Shown: positions 1 to 13,830, counted from the whole stretch's first letter. The stretch: 58,402 nt of DNA, filler included, from Jimgerdemannia flammicorona (GCA_003990765.1; 3 parts of 3 records of this genome joined end to end with filler, not necessarily neighbours in it), one strand, 5' to 3'. Numbers and translations: made by a program. The notes: generated from the letters alone by a model not told the origin.

Positions 1-358
1 AAATTTCCAAAATCGGCAAATCAAAGAATTTCCAAAATCGGCGATTCAGACGGTTTCCTTCATAACTCAGCAACGCATGATCCGATTTCAATGTTCTTGG
101 TATCATTAGATAGGCCTTATTAAGGGCTTTCAAATGACACCAAGATCATCAAATTTGGATGATAATTCATCAAGTTATTGATGTAAACATTTAATTGTCT
201 AATTTGGAAATCAAAACAATGGTTGATTCGAATCCGATTCGAATCTGATTTGAATCCATCTGGATGGGATTCGAATCCCATCCGAGTTGATCCAGATGGG
301 ATTCAATCCGAATCAATCTGAATCCAATCCGGATTAAATTGACTCGTTAGGAGCACTA
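1..358. mobile_element. Terminus of a hAT-like DNA transposon (partial; other end outside window)
   Basis: Ends in ...TTAGGAGCACTA (351-358 GAGCACTA), the same terminus as the TSD-flanked MITE at 45969-46119; subterminal GATTCGAATC-type repeats at ~225-340; CpG intact, then abrupt switch to decayed integrase sequence. Confidence 0.6.
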
Positions 359-1366
359 CTACTGATGAACTCTTCACAGTCAAAGCTGTTGAAGAATTCC
401 TGCTCTGAATGTACAATCTAAGTCAGATCACAATTGAGAATTTATCGTGAGCTCAAGAACAATAGTCACAGTATATTAATAAATACTGCTGAGAAGAAAC
501 TTTTGACATTGGAGAAAAAGTTTTACTGAATATCTGAGGATACTGAGTTGACAACCTCAAGCACAGACCATCTATAAAGCTGAACAGCAAGTTTATTAGA
601 CCATTCAAAGTCATTATACAAGTCTCTCCTACTTTCTATAAATTGGTACTACCAGATACTATTAGGATTCACCCAGTCTTCAATGTCCAACATCTCAAAT
701 GATATAATGAAAATGACAATAAGCTATTCCTGAACTGAATCACAGAACCACCTGCACCTGTTATTATTAATGATCAAGAAGAATATAAAGTTGAATGAAT
801 TCTCAACAAATATAGCAACAAGAACTATCCTGAGTACCTTGTCAAATGGAAAGGTTATCTGATCTATAATGTAACCTGGGAACCTAAGACTAATCTCCAG
901 AATACCACCAACTTAGTTCAGAAATATAATTCCTTGAACAACTAAAACTGAATACCCTGCACCTATCAGTATATACTATATATTACCCTCCTGAACATTA
1001 TAATTATCACAAACAAAATCAAGAACTCAGCAAGTCAAGACAAAAGAATACTGATCCTCTAGAAAAAATAGCAAAACTGAAAGCAAGCCTATTCTCCTCA
1101 TACTACTGGTAGGAAATGAGGTATAAATATTTAAGAAGATTCCTTAGAGGAAATTCTCCAGTAGTAAATGATGTCAGAATCACTTCTGGTATATGACATT
1201 GAACACATGACCCTTTAATATGTGAATTCAATATATTAGGCAACTGTACTATAAGTATGCCACTTTCTGAGAAAAATAGACTTTACTGAACTTTTGACTA
1301 TCCAAATAGTATAAAACAAAATTAGAAGGCCCTGATGAGGATGTCAAAAGCTAAGAAGGGGAGAAT

Positions 1367-3417
1367 TGTAGCACACAACCTCTAAGCCACTAAAATTACA
1401 TGTTATCCTCTGAACAAGCCACTGAAATTACATATAACCTTTGAATAAATCTGAAAATCACATATAAGATTACAAAGCTGAGTCAAACCAAAGTTATAGT
1501 GCACAAAGCTGAGCCAATATGAGGTTACAGAACACAAGATTTATACAAACAGAATCTTACCAATCAAGACCAAATACATATATACCAAGTATCAAGATAC
1601 ATTGAAACAGAGAACCAAAACAAACCAAACAAACAACCCCAACTCCTGAATATATACAAACATGACCACCAAGATCTACAACTGCATCCATGCTGACATT
1701 TGAAATGCCATTATCAACTAAGCCACACTCTCTTTGCTCCTTATGCATATCCATAGCTTAGCACCCCTCTACTTCATAGAAACCTGATGAAATGTCCTGA
1801 ACATGCTTAGCAAAGTCCACCAAATCAGACAAATCTCAAGCTACTACCAGATCAGCCACCTCCTAGAAGACATGATTGAATATCACCATAATACAGATAT
1901 TACTCAAATGTCTCAACACTAGAAACTCATTGCCCATAAATATCAAGAACTATAGTACTATTATCCCCCACCTCTGAGTTACTACTACTAAAATGGTTGC
2001 TACCCTGTCCTATGACCAAATTGACAATATGATATAAGAACTAACTATAAGTATATTGAGTATGTTCAGGCTATAGACAGAATCTTCCCACATTCTGATG
2101 ACTATATTTTGTAAATGCCTCAAGTTGGATATACTATAAAGGATATCTACAATATAATCTGATTTGATAAAGATGAAGCAGAAGACAATGATCCCTCTGA
2201 TGTCAATATGACCTCTAGCCAAGGATCTCTACTAACTCTGATCACTCCACCAACCTTGCTAATGAACTTACAACAGTTCATAACCACTTATAAGATCTAT
2301 TGGGACAATGACCACTGATATGAGTACCAATCCACATTCACTTCTGATTATTTCAACTATAATAAAGAGACTGGAGAATACAACCTATACCTCCAGACAA
2401 CCCTCAAGATTGAACCAACAACTCCACCATCTGAGTACAAGCAATATGAATCACAGCTACCAGCTTACTATAACCCAGCAACTCATAGTGCCATAACTTA
2501 TAGAAGGTATGCAGATAGTGAATCCAATGAAAGTGAAGATGATGTACTCTTCCTTCACTCACCAATGCCTTACTCAGCATATGAGACAGATGATGCTATT
2601 CTGTGGGATGGTGATGAAGTCCCAATATATTATTACCTCAGCAAATAAGAAGAATTAATCTGCAAACAACTCTTCCTAGATGACTACTTCATTAGAGATG
2701 ATGTCATTAATAGTGATATCATCAAAGACTACCCAGATAGCATCTAAATCTATAGATAGCTTAGCAGTCATAGTATAGTTAGATTAGTCTTGTACAATGT
2801 AACTGTGAACTGACTCAGCAGTCAGATGATCCCTTAATATGTCAGATCACACTTATACTACATGACTGCATTTTGATTCAGCAAAGCACTAAGTACTACA
2901 CCCATATTCAGCATAGTCCAGATAGCCCCTCACTAGTATAAATACCCCCTCTCTCAGACCTCAGAATCTCAGACTCAAATACAACATTTCTGAACACTTC
3001 CTCACAATATCCCTTCACACAACTACTCTTAGTATAGCAATATTATGAATAGTAAATAAACTTATTTAATAACTCATAAATTACTCTTAAGTAAATCTGC
3101 TCTCTGTTAGGTCCCACTCCTAACCCCATCATGAATTTTCCTAATTGGGTATTGTCTGCTGCAATATGCCAATTCAATTAAGCTGGTCTTAGTTTCTTGA
3201 ACTTTCTGAAATATAGAAAATTCTGAATATTCAGAACTAGTCCAAAAAAGGACTTTGGTTGAGACATTAACCCAATATTGAAATCATTAAACATAGAGGA
3301 TGTACTCCATATGAAATTGATCTTGACCTTAAGAAACAGTCTTTCAGAATATCCAGAACTTTAAGAAAACCCTTCCAGAACTATATAATGATTACCCTAA
3401 TAAGTAACCCTCTTACA
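1367..3417 (+). repeat. Family A LTR (3' LTR, ~2.05 kb)
   Basis: Begins TGTAGCAC right after the PPT, ends CTCTTACA; colinear with the reverse-strand copy at 22998-25047; TATAAATA box at ~2937. Confidence 0.9.
1662..2747 (+). pseudogene. Decayed ~361-aa ORF of unknown function inside the family A LTR (U3)
   Basis: ATG 1662 to TAA 2747 is one frame (362 codons) with about a dozen internal stops; several are sense codons (TGG, CGA, CAG, CAA) in the second LTR copy; Tyr/Asp/Glu/Pro-rich translation. Confidence 0.7.
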
Positions 3418-6400
3418 CAGGATCTTCAGAACTATTCAAATATGTTTGAGGTATTCTTCTTTAGTTATACTAAAGATCAGGATGTTGTCAAGATATATCA
3501 ACATAAAAATAAATAGTTAGCTTGTTCATCAGGGTCTGGAATGTAGCAGATACATTGGTGAGACCAAATGCTAAGACTAGGAATTTGTAGAGTCTAAAAG
3601 GAGTCATAAATATAGTCTTGAGAATATCTTCTAGCTTAATTCAGATCTGATGATATTCTGATATGAGGTTCAACTTGGTGAAGTACTTGGCATTCTTGAG
3701 AGCATCAAAGATTTGATCAATCAAGAGTAGCAGATAGTAGTTCTTGTCAGTGAGTTTGTTGAGTACACAATAGTCTATATATATTCACAGAGTACCATCC
3801 TTTTTCTTGACAAATAAGACTGGTGAGCCATAAGGATATTTGCTTAGCTGAATGACTCCTTGTGCAAGTAGTTCTTTTAGTTCCTTTTTAACTACTTCAA
3901 TTTTGAGTGGTGATATATAGTATATGTATTTCTTAGGTGGTATAGCTTCTGGGGTCAGTTTGATTTTGTGATCAACTTCTTATATAGGTGGTAGGCCAGG
4001 TAGCTTGTCTAGAAAGACATCCTTGAATTCTTCTAGCAGTAACTTGATGCTTTCATTGACTGATAGTCTCTTGTCTTATTTCTTAGAACAGACCATTATA
4101 ATAAAGACATACATTGCCTTCTTGAGTGCTCTTTTGTACTGTATAGCTAACAGTATTGCAATCTGGGTCTTATTTGTAGTCTTGTCTGTCTTGATAGTAA
4201 TGTTGGCTCCATCTTGAAGTAGGGTGACTTCATTCTTATATCAATCAATATCTGGGTTGTATTTCATAAGCCAGGGTTTTTCTAGGATCAGGTCATGATC
4301 TCCTAGTAGTGCAATCTTGAAGTCTACTTGTTTCCAATATTTCTAGATCTTGATGGATAGTTTGGTGGCAATTGACTCAATGGAGTGTAGAGTACCATCT
4401 GCAGTGACTATACTATTGTTCTTAGGTGCAGGCTTGATAAGAATCTTGAGACTTTCAATGAGATTCTGATTGATAAAGTTCTCTATAGCTCTACTGTCTA
4501 TGAGTACTTGAACTTCTTTTTCTTTAACAAGGCCTTTGAAAATGAGCATAGCTTGAGCTTGATTTTCACTAAGACTTACTGCTTGATTGGTGCTATCAAA
4601 ACCTTTTTGGTCTCATTTGGTTTCAGAGAGTTCTTAGACTTCTGTAATCTTGAGTTAACTGGCTTTTTCTAGGATTATTTGCATGACTCAGTCTCCTTTC
4701 TTGACTGTATAGTCTTGATCCTTCTGGTTGATAAGCAGAACTTGAACTTGTTCTTGAAAGTCTGAGTCAATGATACCAGTACCTATATCTAAATAATATT
4801 TGACACTGAGTCCTGATTATAGTGCAATTCTAGTATAATGTCCTTCAGGATATTGAACTGTAATTCTAGTAGACACTAGAGTTCAGCTCTTAGCTGGAAT
4901 AGTGACTTATTTGACTAAGTATAGGTCAAGACCAAAAGCTCTTTCTGTTTGATATGGAGAAGCCTGGGCCTTCAGGTGAAGCTTCTTGATCTTGAGCTTA
5001 GGTTGACTGGTGGTGGGGTTGACAGATGTGTCCTTGAACAATATGGTGACTTGTCTTAAGAGTTTGCTAGTCTTCTTAGGATATTTGGTTACAATATGTC
5101 CTATTTGGTGACAGAAGAAACAGACTCCAGATTTCTTCAGACAGTCCTTTTCTTCAAGAGTGAGCTTGGTATTCTTTTTGTTCATAGTGTTCAAATCCAT
5201 TGATACTGGACCAACTGTCCTTGGTTGGTTTCTGTAGCAGTTCTCAAAGTGGTTCTTCTTATAGCATTCTGGTTCAAAGCAGTTACTAAAGGTAATGATA
5301 TCAAACCTATTGGTAATTCTCATAGCTTCATCAAGATTTTTGGACTCTTCTAGTACAACCTTGACTCATGTATTTCTCATCAGACCTCAGACATAGTGAT
5401 CTATCTTTTCATCCTCAGAATTGCTAGTAGCTCAAGTAGAATTAATAAGAATTATATATTGTAGCTTTATATAGACTTGAGTTACTTGATATTTACTAGC
5501 TTATCTCTGGCTAGCTTAGTAGTATTAGCAGACTTGAACTGCTTGTGAAGGGCTCTCTTAAAAGCTTTCCAGTCTCTGATTTATATATATAAGTATATGG
5601 ATATAACTATGATATGATTGTACCACTAGATGGCTGTATTTCCTCAGAGAAGTGTGGTGGCAAATTGGACTTGCATGTCTTCTTCCATTCTTGTAAGCTC
5701 AAAGTATTAGTCCAACTAGAAGGTCTGTGCATCTGTAGATAGTTCTCCTTGATGACTATCAAAGGTATCTGACTTGAGTGATTTGAAACTAACTAGTGCT
5801 ATAGCAGAATATGATGTACTCAACAGTTCTTGTTTTCTGCTGTTCTAGTTGTACTTGAAGTTCTTGGATTTGGTGGGCCATGGTATTGATCATATCCTTT
5901 ATACTGTGCTACAGTCCTCCTGCTTCTTCTGTAATAAAGGGGTCTGGCTGGTAGGCTGACTCTTTGCAGCTCATTTCAGATTCATATGACTAGTTATGAC
6001 TGATTTCCAAATTTATGTGAAGTTTCTAATAAGATAAGATATAATAATACTATTGCTACCAAGTATAATAGTTTTAGTTTCTTTAAGAGGAAGCAGCTAA
6101 GTCTGGAAGTTCTAATTGATCTAAAGTGGCTCAAAGAGATACTTAAAGGATTTCTGGGAGAAAAATATTCTCAGCTTTATTTAGGTAGAAAACAAGGATA
6201 TTTATATATGATCTGAAAGAAAGATCCAGAAGGATCTTGGAAAGAAAGAGAAATACCAAGAATAGGTTCTCAGTAAAGATGACTAATATAGTTCTACAAT
6301 GTTTCAAAAGGTTCTATAACTAGCTAAGATAAGATGCTTAGTACTAAGAAAAGACAAGAGTATTCTAGTAGTGTCTGGACACTGAGAGAAGATTTCTAAA

Positions 6401-6509
6401 TAAGTAGAAGATGGTGGAACATAGTAGAATGTTCAAGAAATAATAAGAAAAGACTAACTAAAAGATGTAAAAATATACTAAGACTAAATATAACTGTGAA
6501 ATTGTTATA
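3418..6509 (-). mobile_element. Ty3/gypsy family B, 5' part (LTR 6064-6509, PBS, gag, dUTPase, protease, RT up to the family A insertion), decayed
   Basis: PBS TGGTAGCAA next to the LTR; zinc knuckle CFFCHQIGHIVTKY; protease VLIDSRAIENFI; RT YLDNILI near 3490; colinear with 10720-13830. Confidence 0.9.
4590..5000 (-). pseudogene. dUTPase domain of family B copy 1
   Basis: KLKIKKLH..AQ..YQT..AFGLDLY, GVIDxDFxG-like and KGFxS motifs between the zinc knuckle and protease. Confidence 0.8.
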
Positions 6510-7443
6510 TATAAAAAGATAATAATATACTACTGAGCTATCCACAATAGAGGAATTCTTTGATAGTATCCAAATTATAGTACAGACATATCTATCATAA
6601 ATTTTACACTTCAAGACCTACCAGAATCAGATAGAGCTTCAAGAATACTTCAAGTTAAGACAGTTACTGAATTCATGACCAGAAATGAGAAAAGAAGACT
6701 AGATCAGAGAGTGTCAGCTCTCTCACTCTCAGATCACAATTGCCAAATGAGTTAATAAGCTGTTCAAAGATAATGAGGCAGCCCTAGCCCATTTCCAAAA
6801 AGTAGTTCTAGGAGATTTTGGATATATCAAAAGATACTATTGAGAGAACATAATAATATAAATTATACAATATAAGAAGATACAAACTATAGAAGCTTGG
6901 GAGTTTGAGTGAATAGGATGTTTTAGGGACAAATCACTTATTCAGGAGGAAGTTGTAACAGTTGATCTAAATTAAAAATAAGAATCAGAGGAATTAGATA
7001 TTTGATCATAGTATCTGAACCCAATTTCTAATATAGTATAGCCTTACAAATAGTAGTTATTTCATAAACATTAAAGTTTTTATGAATGTTAAACTCTTCA
7101 CAAATATCAAGAATTCACAGATGTTAAAGTCTTAATAATTGTTAAAGATTTAACAGATGTCAAGGATTAATATTTATGAAAAGTAACTCATAACTTAGTT
7201 ATAACTTAGCTACCTTATAGCTAGCAAACTTATATAAATATCCCCAATATCTAGAGTAAATAAACCTCAGATTGATATAGTTCAAAGCAAGGAGAAAGTA
7301 AAGGAACTAGTAAGCCTGCAGGCAGATACACTTTGAACCCACCTACTCCTATATCTTGAGAACTCTATAAAGTCAAAGAAGATCAATTTTTCAAGATACA
7401 AAAATCTGACATACTTCCAAGGTTAAGTATCTGCTATGTTACA
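6510..7443 (+). mobile_element. 3' end of LTR family C (decayed ORF, PPT, LTR 6954-7443)
   Basis: CAGGAGGAAG purine tract then TGTAACA...TGTTACA; LTR homologous to 15093-15512 on the opposite strand. Confidence 0.7.
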
Positions 7444-7746
7444 ATATCTAAAAAGATATGCAAATAGTTTAAAAATAACTTGATCTATATATTAGACAGA
7501 CTTGTATAATATGTTTTCCAATTTAATTAACTATTTAGACTCTGATGAGTATAATAAGTATAATATAAAAAACTGAATCAGATGATCAAAACTAATTTAG
7601 TAAATTATCAGTTATTTTTCTTAAGCTCATATAATGGGTTTAGATCAGGTGATTATATTTTCAGTTAGTAATAATCTAATTCTTATATAAAGGTCTAATT
7701 TTTATATAATTGTTTATAGATTTATATTATACTTTGATAATAAGAT

Positions 7747-10700
7747 TGTAACAGTTCTAGTTTCTTTAAGAGGAAGTAGCTAAATCTGGAAGTTTGAGTT
7801 AGTTTAAAGTAGCTCAGAGAGATACTTAAAGGTTTAAGTATTCTTAAAGAATTTCTGAAAGAAAATATTCTAAGCTTTATTCAGATAGAGAATAAGAATA
7901 TTTATACATAATCTGAAAGAAAGATCTGAAAGGATCTTGGAAAGAAAGAGAAATACCAAGAAATAGGTTCTTGGCAAAGCTGACTAATATGATTCTACAA
8001 TATTCTAAAAGGTTCTATAACTAGCTAAGTAAGATGCTTAGTGCTAAGAAAAGACATGAATGTTTTAGTAGTGTCTGGGTGCTGAGAGGAGATTTTTAAG
8101 CAAGTAGAAGGTGGTGGAACATAGTAGAATATTTAAGAAATGATAAAAAAAGACTAACTAAAAGATGCAAAAATATACTAAGACTAAATATGACTGTGAA
8201 ATTATTACATTCCTCTCTCCTTAAGAACTAATATCCTCATTGAGTTCTTAGATAATATAAGACTAGATATCTTAACCAAAATTTCTCAAACTTATATTAG
8301 TGTATTGATAGAAATTGGTCATCCTTATATAGAGCAGAGGGCCTATTATTAGACTAATCAACTGGAAGGGATTCAAATTTAGCTATTAGTTTATTTTAGT
8401 AAACTTCTTATTCATTAAATATTCTGCTAATTCCAGGGTCACAAAGTAAACTTCCAATTAATAAGGCATTGGTTATTACTATAGGTTGTTGATAATCCAA
8501 GAAAGTTATTATAGAGATTAGGTAATATGTTTTACCTCAAAGTCTTAAACTAGATCTTGAGAGTTCTTGAGATTGACCAGTAGTTCCCAAGTAGTATCAT
8601 ATTCAGAGTAGTCCATCTACTTGACTAAGTATTTAGGACAGTGGTAGCAGATTTATTTTTAAGGATTTTCTTAGCTTTGTACTCAATATGGTCTTCAATA
8701 ATTACAGGAGCAGATGGCTTGGAAATTCAACCAGAGTAGAGCAATGACTGGTTCCAGGTCTTAAGGTATGATGTATGAAAGACTGGATGTACTCTTATGG
8801 TTTTAGATAGCTTGAGGTGATAGGAGAATGTGGAGACTTATTCAGTAATCTCAAAAGGTTCAATATACTTAGGTTGGAACTTGTTAAATAAGCAGTTGAC
8901 TTGAGATTATATCTTGAGATTCTTGATAGACAATAGGACTTAATCTCTAACAGTATAAGTAACATTATGGTATTTCTTATTAACATACTTGGCTTGATAC
9001 TGTTGAGCCTTCTGAAGATTCACAGTAGTAATTTTGAGTAGTTTGTCTATTTTGTCTATAAGGCTCTTGGTGGTAAGAACTTGTATTTGACTGCTTTTCT
9101 TAAAAACGACTAGACTTGCATAGGTCTTGGGATCTTGACCATAGAGTAACTGAAAAGAAGAAAGACCAGTAGATGATTGGACAGCATTATTGTATGTGAA
9201 CTTCACATAAGTCAGATAGTGGTCTCAATTATCTTATTTATAAGAAACATAGTTTCTAAGCATCTGTTTTAGAGTTCTGTTCATGTTCTTGGTTTGTCTA
9301 TTAATTTGTAGGTAGAAGGCAGTAGATATAACCAATTGGGTTCTCAGGGTCTTGAAGAGAGTTTGCTAGAAGTAACTAGTAAACTTGAGGTCATAATCAC
9401 TGATAATTACTCATAGCAGGCTATAGTGATAGAAGATAGACTTGAAGAATATCCTTACAATATCAGGTATAGTAGTATTAGTAGTGATTGGTTTAACAAC
9501 TATAGTCTTGGTCAGGCAGTCAATAAATACAACAATAGCATCAGTACCAGATTGAGTTCATAGTAGTTGAGTTATGAAGTCCATAGTGACTTGCTTGAAT
9601 TTTTTAGTAGAAATTGGCAGTAGTTATAGCAAACTAACTGGTACTTGATTGGTAGACTTGTTGTACTGACATAGATCATAGTTAGCAATATAGTTCTTGA
9701 TTTTCTTGACCATACTTGGCCAATAATAGCAACATTGGATGTTCTTGACAGTTTTCTCAATTTCAAGATAACTGGCAAGAGAGAAGTCATGGTGTTCTTG
9801 CAAAACCTTACAGTATAGATTTATGTTTTCAGATAAATAGACTTGGTCCTAGTGATAGATCAGATTGTTCTTGACAATATATATATCCTTGAGCTTGTTC
9901 AAGAAAACTCTAGTGATAACTGTATCTTCTTTGTAAGCTTGCCTGATTTGGTCTAGAAATTCTAATACCAAGGTGACTTGTAAGGTCTGGGCATCTTGAT
10001 AAAGCAACTGGTACTATAAGTATCTTGTCAGACTTATAGATAATTATTGGGTTGAAGGTTTGAAGCTTAAGGCTCCACTTGGCTTATAAGTATGATAGAG
10101 TAGGTTGGGTGTTGATGTATTTGAGAGATTGATAATCAGTAATGACATCAAACTCAATACCTTCTAGATAGCATTGCTAATGATCTAGTATATATATTAT
10201 TGCTAGTAGTTTCTTCTTATAGGTGGCTAGCTTTTATTCAGCTGGGGTCAACTTATAGGACTTGAAAGCAATAAGATAATGTTTTTTGCTATCATCTTGT
10301 AACAGGACTGCTTTAATAGCAAAATTTGATACATTAGTGGTAACTATAAATTTTAGACTTTGATCTGCATTATGTAGGACTGGGGCATAGGTCAGATAGT
10401 TCTTGAGTTCTTAAAAGGCTTGTTGATAGAAGAGGTCTCAGATATAGGGTATATAGTGGTCTGAGTATAGGGCCTTTTTCATAAGGTTAGTCAGTGACTC
10501 AGCAATACCAGAGAAGTTTCTGATAAAGTAATAATAGTAGCCAGCTAGACCAAGAAAGGATCAGAGTTCTGTAAGATTCAATAAAATGGACCATTCTTTA
10601 ATTGCCTCTATATTATGTAGGTTTACTTGAATTCCTTATGTAGAGACAATATGGCCAAGATATTTGACTTGTTTCTTGAAGAATTCATACTTCTTGAGCT

Positions 10701-13700
10701 TGGCATAAAGCTTGTGTTTTTGCAGATTCTTCAGGACTATTCAAATATATTTGAGGTATTCTTCTTTAGTTATACTAAAGATCAGAATATTATCAAGATA
10801 TACCAATAGAAAAATAAATAGTTAGTCCTTGAATATCCTGTTCATTAAGGTCTGGAATGTGGTGGGTATATTAGTGAGATCAGATCAGAAATTTGTAGAG
10901 TCTAAAGGAGGTTATGAATACAGTCTTAGAAATATCTTCTGGCTTGATTCAGATCTGGTAGTATCCTAATATAAGGTCTAACTTGGTGAAGTACTTGGCA
11001 TTCTTGAGAGCATCAAAGATTTGACCAATCAAAGATAGTAGATAGCAGTTCTTGACAGTAAACTTGTTGAGTATACAGTAGTCTATACATATTCACAGAA
11101 TACTATCTTTCTTTTTGATGAATAAAACTGGTGAGCAATAAGAAGATTTGCTTGACTGAATGGCTTCTTGTGTAAGTAGTTCTTTTAGTTCCTTCTTGAC
11201 TATTTTAATTTCAAGTAGTGACATGTAGTATATATATTTCTTGAGTAGTATAACTCCTGGAATCAGTTCAATTTCATGATCAACTTCTCATATAGGTGGT
11301 AGACCAGATAGCTTGTCTGGAAAGACATCCTTGAATTCTTCTAGTAGTAACTTGATGCTTTCATTGATTGATAGTTTCTAGTCTTGTTTCTTGGAACAGA
11401 CTATTACAACAAAGGCATACATTATCTTCTTAAGTGCTTTCTTATACTGTATGGCTGACAGTATTACAATCTGAGTCTTGCTCATAGTCTTGTCTATCTT
11501 AATAGTGATATTGACTCTATCTTGAAGTAAGGTAACTTCATTCTTATACCAATCAATATCTGGATTGTATTTCATAAGCCAGAGTTTTCCTAGGATCAGA
11601 TTATGATCTCTTAGTGGTATAACCTCAAAGTCTACTCATTTCTAATATTTCTGGATCCTAGTAGGTAGTTTGGTAGTAATTAACTCAATGGGATACAGTG
11701 TACTATCTGCAGTAACTATACTATTATTCTTGAGTACTGGCTTGATAAGGATCTTGAGACTTTCAATAAGATTCTAGTTGATGAAGTTCTCTGTAGCTTC
11801 ACTGTCTATAAGTACTTGAACTTCTTTTTCTTTGACTAGATCTTTGAAAATGAGTACATATAGCTTGAGCTTGATTTTCAGTAAGACTTGCTGCTTGATC
11901 AGTGCTATCAAAATCTTTTTGGTCTCATTTAGTTTCAGGGAGTTCTTGGACTTCTGTAATCTTGAGTTGACTGGCTTTTTCTAGGATCATTTACATGACT
12001 CAGTCTCCTTTCTTGATTGTATAGTCTTGATCCTTCTGATTGATAAGCAGAACTTGAACTTATCCTCAAAAGTCTGGGTCAATAACACCAGCACTTATAT
12101 CTAAATAATATTTGATACTGAGTTCTGATTATAGTATAATTCTGATATAATGTTCTTTAGGATATTGAACTACAATTCTAGTAGGCACCAGAGTTTGGTC
12201 CTTGGCTAGAATGGTGACTTGTTTAGCAGAGTGTAGGTTAAGATCAATGGCTTCTTCTATTTGATATTGAGGGACCTGGGCCTTCATATAAAGCTTCTTA
12301 ATCTTGAGCTTGGATTAACTAGTAGTAGGGTTGACAGGTGTATCTTTGGACAATATAGTGACTGATCTCAAAGGTTTGCTAGTCTTCTTAGAACATTTGG
12401 TTGCAATGTGTCCTGTTTGGCAATAGAAGAAACAGACTCTAGATTTCTTTAGGTGGTCCTTTTCTTTAGAGGTAAGCTTGGTGCTTTTTTTGTTCATTAT
12501 GTCCAAATCTATTGGTACTAGATCAACTATTCTTGGTTAGTTTCTGTGGTAGTTCTCAAAGTAGTTCTTCTTATAGTATTCTGATTTGAAGCAGTTGCCA
12601 AAGGTGATGACATTAAACCTATCAGCAATTCTCATGGCTTCATTAAGGCTTTGTAGCTCTTTTAGCTCAATCTTAACTCATATATTTTCCTTCAGACCTT
12701 AGATATAGTGGTCTATCTTTTTGCCCTCAGCTATTTCTAATAGTTTAAGTAAGATTAATAGAAATTATATATTATAGCTTTACATAGACTTGAGTTGCTT
12801 GATGTTTACTAGCTTGTCCCTAACTAGCTTGATAGTATTAGTAAGCTTAAACTACTTATGAAGGGCTCTCTTGAAAATGTCCCAATCTTTGATTTATATA
12901 TTTGAGTATATAGATATAGTTATAATGTAATTATGCTACCAAATAGCTACATTTCCTTAAAGAAGTGTAACAGCAAATTAAACTTACATATCTTCTTCTA
13001 TTCTTGTGAGCTCAAAGTATTGGTCTAATTAGAAGGTCTATACATCTGTAGATAGTCCTTCTCAGTAACTATCAAAAGTATCTAGCTTGAGTAGCTTAAA
13101 ACTAACTAGTATTATGATAGAATGTGATGTACTCACAGTTCTTGTTTTCTGCTAGTCTAGTTGTGCTTAAAGTACTTAAATTTGGTGGGCTATAGAGGTA
13201 ATTATGTTCTCTATACTAACTTATAATTCTTCTGCTTCTCCTATAGCAGAGAGATCTGACTGGTAGGCTGACTCTTTATGGCTCATTTCAGATTTATGTG
13301 ACTAGTTGTGACTGGTTTCTGAATTTGTATAAGGTTTCTTAATAAGGCAAGATGTAATGATACTACTACTACCAAGTATAATGGTTCTAGTTTCTTTAAG
13401 AGAAAGCAGCTAAATCTGGAAGTTCAAATTGATCTAAAGTAGCTTGAAGAGATACTTAAAAGTTCAAGTATTCTCAAAGAATTTCTAGAAGAAAATATTC
13501 TGAGCTTTATTCAGATAGAGAACAAGGATATTTATATATAATCTGAAAAAAAGATCCAGAAAGATCTTGGAAAGAAAGAAAAATACCAAGAAATATATTT
13601 TTGACAAAGCTGACTAATATGATTTTACAATATTTTATAATTAGCTAAGACAAGATACTTAGTACTAAGGAAAGATAAGAATATTCTAGTAATATCTGAG

Positions 13701-13830
13701 CACCAAGAGAAGATTTCTAAGTAAGTAAAAGGTAGTAGAATATAGTAGAATATTCAAGAAATAATAAGAAAAGACTAACTAAAAGATACAAAAATGTACT
13801 AAGACTAAATATAATTGTAAAATTATTACA
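7747..13830 (-). mobile_element. Full-length Ty3/gypsy chromovirus-like element, family B (LTR-PBS-gag-dUTPase-PR-RT-RNaseH-IN-chromodomain-PPT-LTR), inactivated
   Basis: LTRs 13377-13830 and 7747-8209; 5-bp TSD AAGAT at 7742-7746 and 13831-13835; PBS TGGTAGTAG (decayed iMet type) at 13366-13374; PPT next to 8209; knuckle CFFYCQTGHIATKC; integrase YNNAVQSSTGLSSF; chromodomain YLVK..W at ~8560-8700. Confidence 0.95.
11900..12312 (-). pseudogene. dUTPase domain of the full-length family B element
   Basis: KLKIKKL...AIDLNLHS...AGVIDPDF*G...KGD*V..MILE...KDFDST; the dUTPase motifs are recognisable after reversing C>T/G>A changes. Confidence 0.85.

Larger units (their letters stand above)
359..3417 (+). 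mobile_element. Ty3/gypsy chromovirus-like LTR retrotransposon, family A, 3' part (integrase C-terminus, chromodomain, PPT, 3' LTR), decayed
   Basis: Decayed GPF/HPVF integrase tail (~590-700); chromodomain EEYKVE*ILNK...EYLVKWKGY...TWEP..NL (~778-930); polypurine tract AAGAAGGGGAGAA before TG at 1367. Confidence 0.85.

Noticed and set aside
2308..2496. Track ORFs MTTDMST.. and MTTGTNT.. (23924-24112) as a small duplicated gene
   Set aside because: They are an alternative frame overlapping the longer LTR-embedded ORF.
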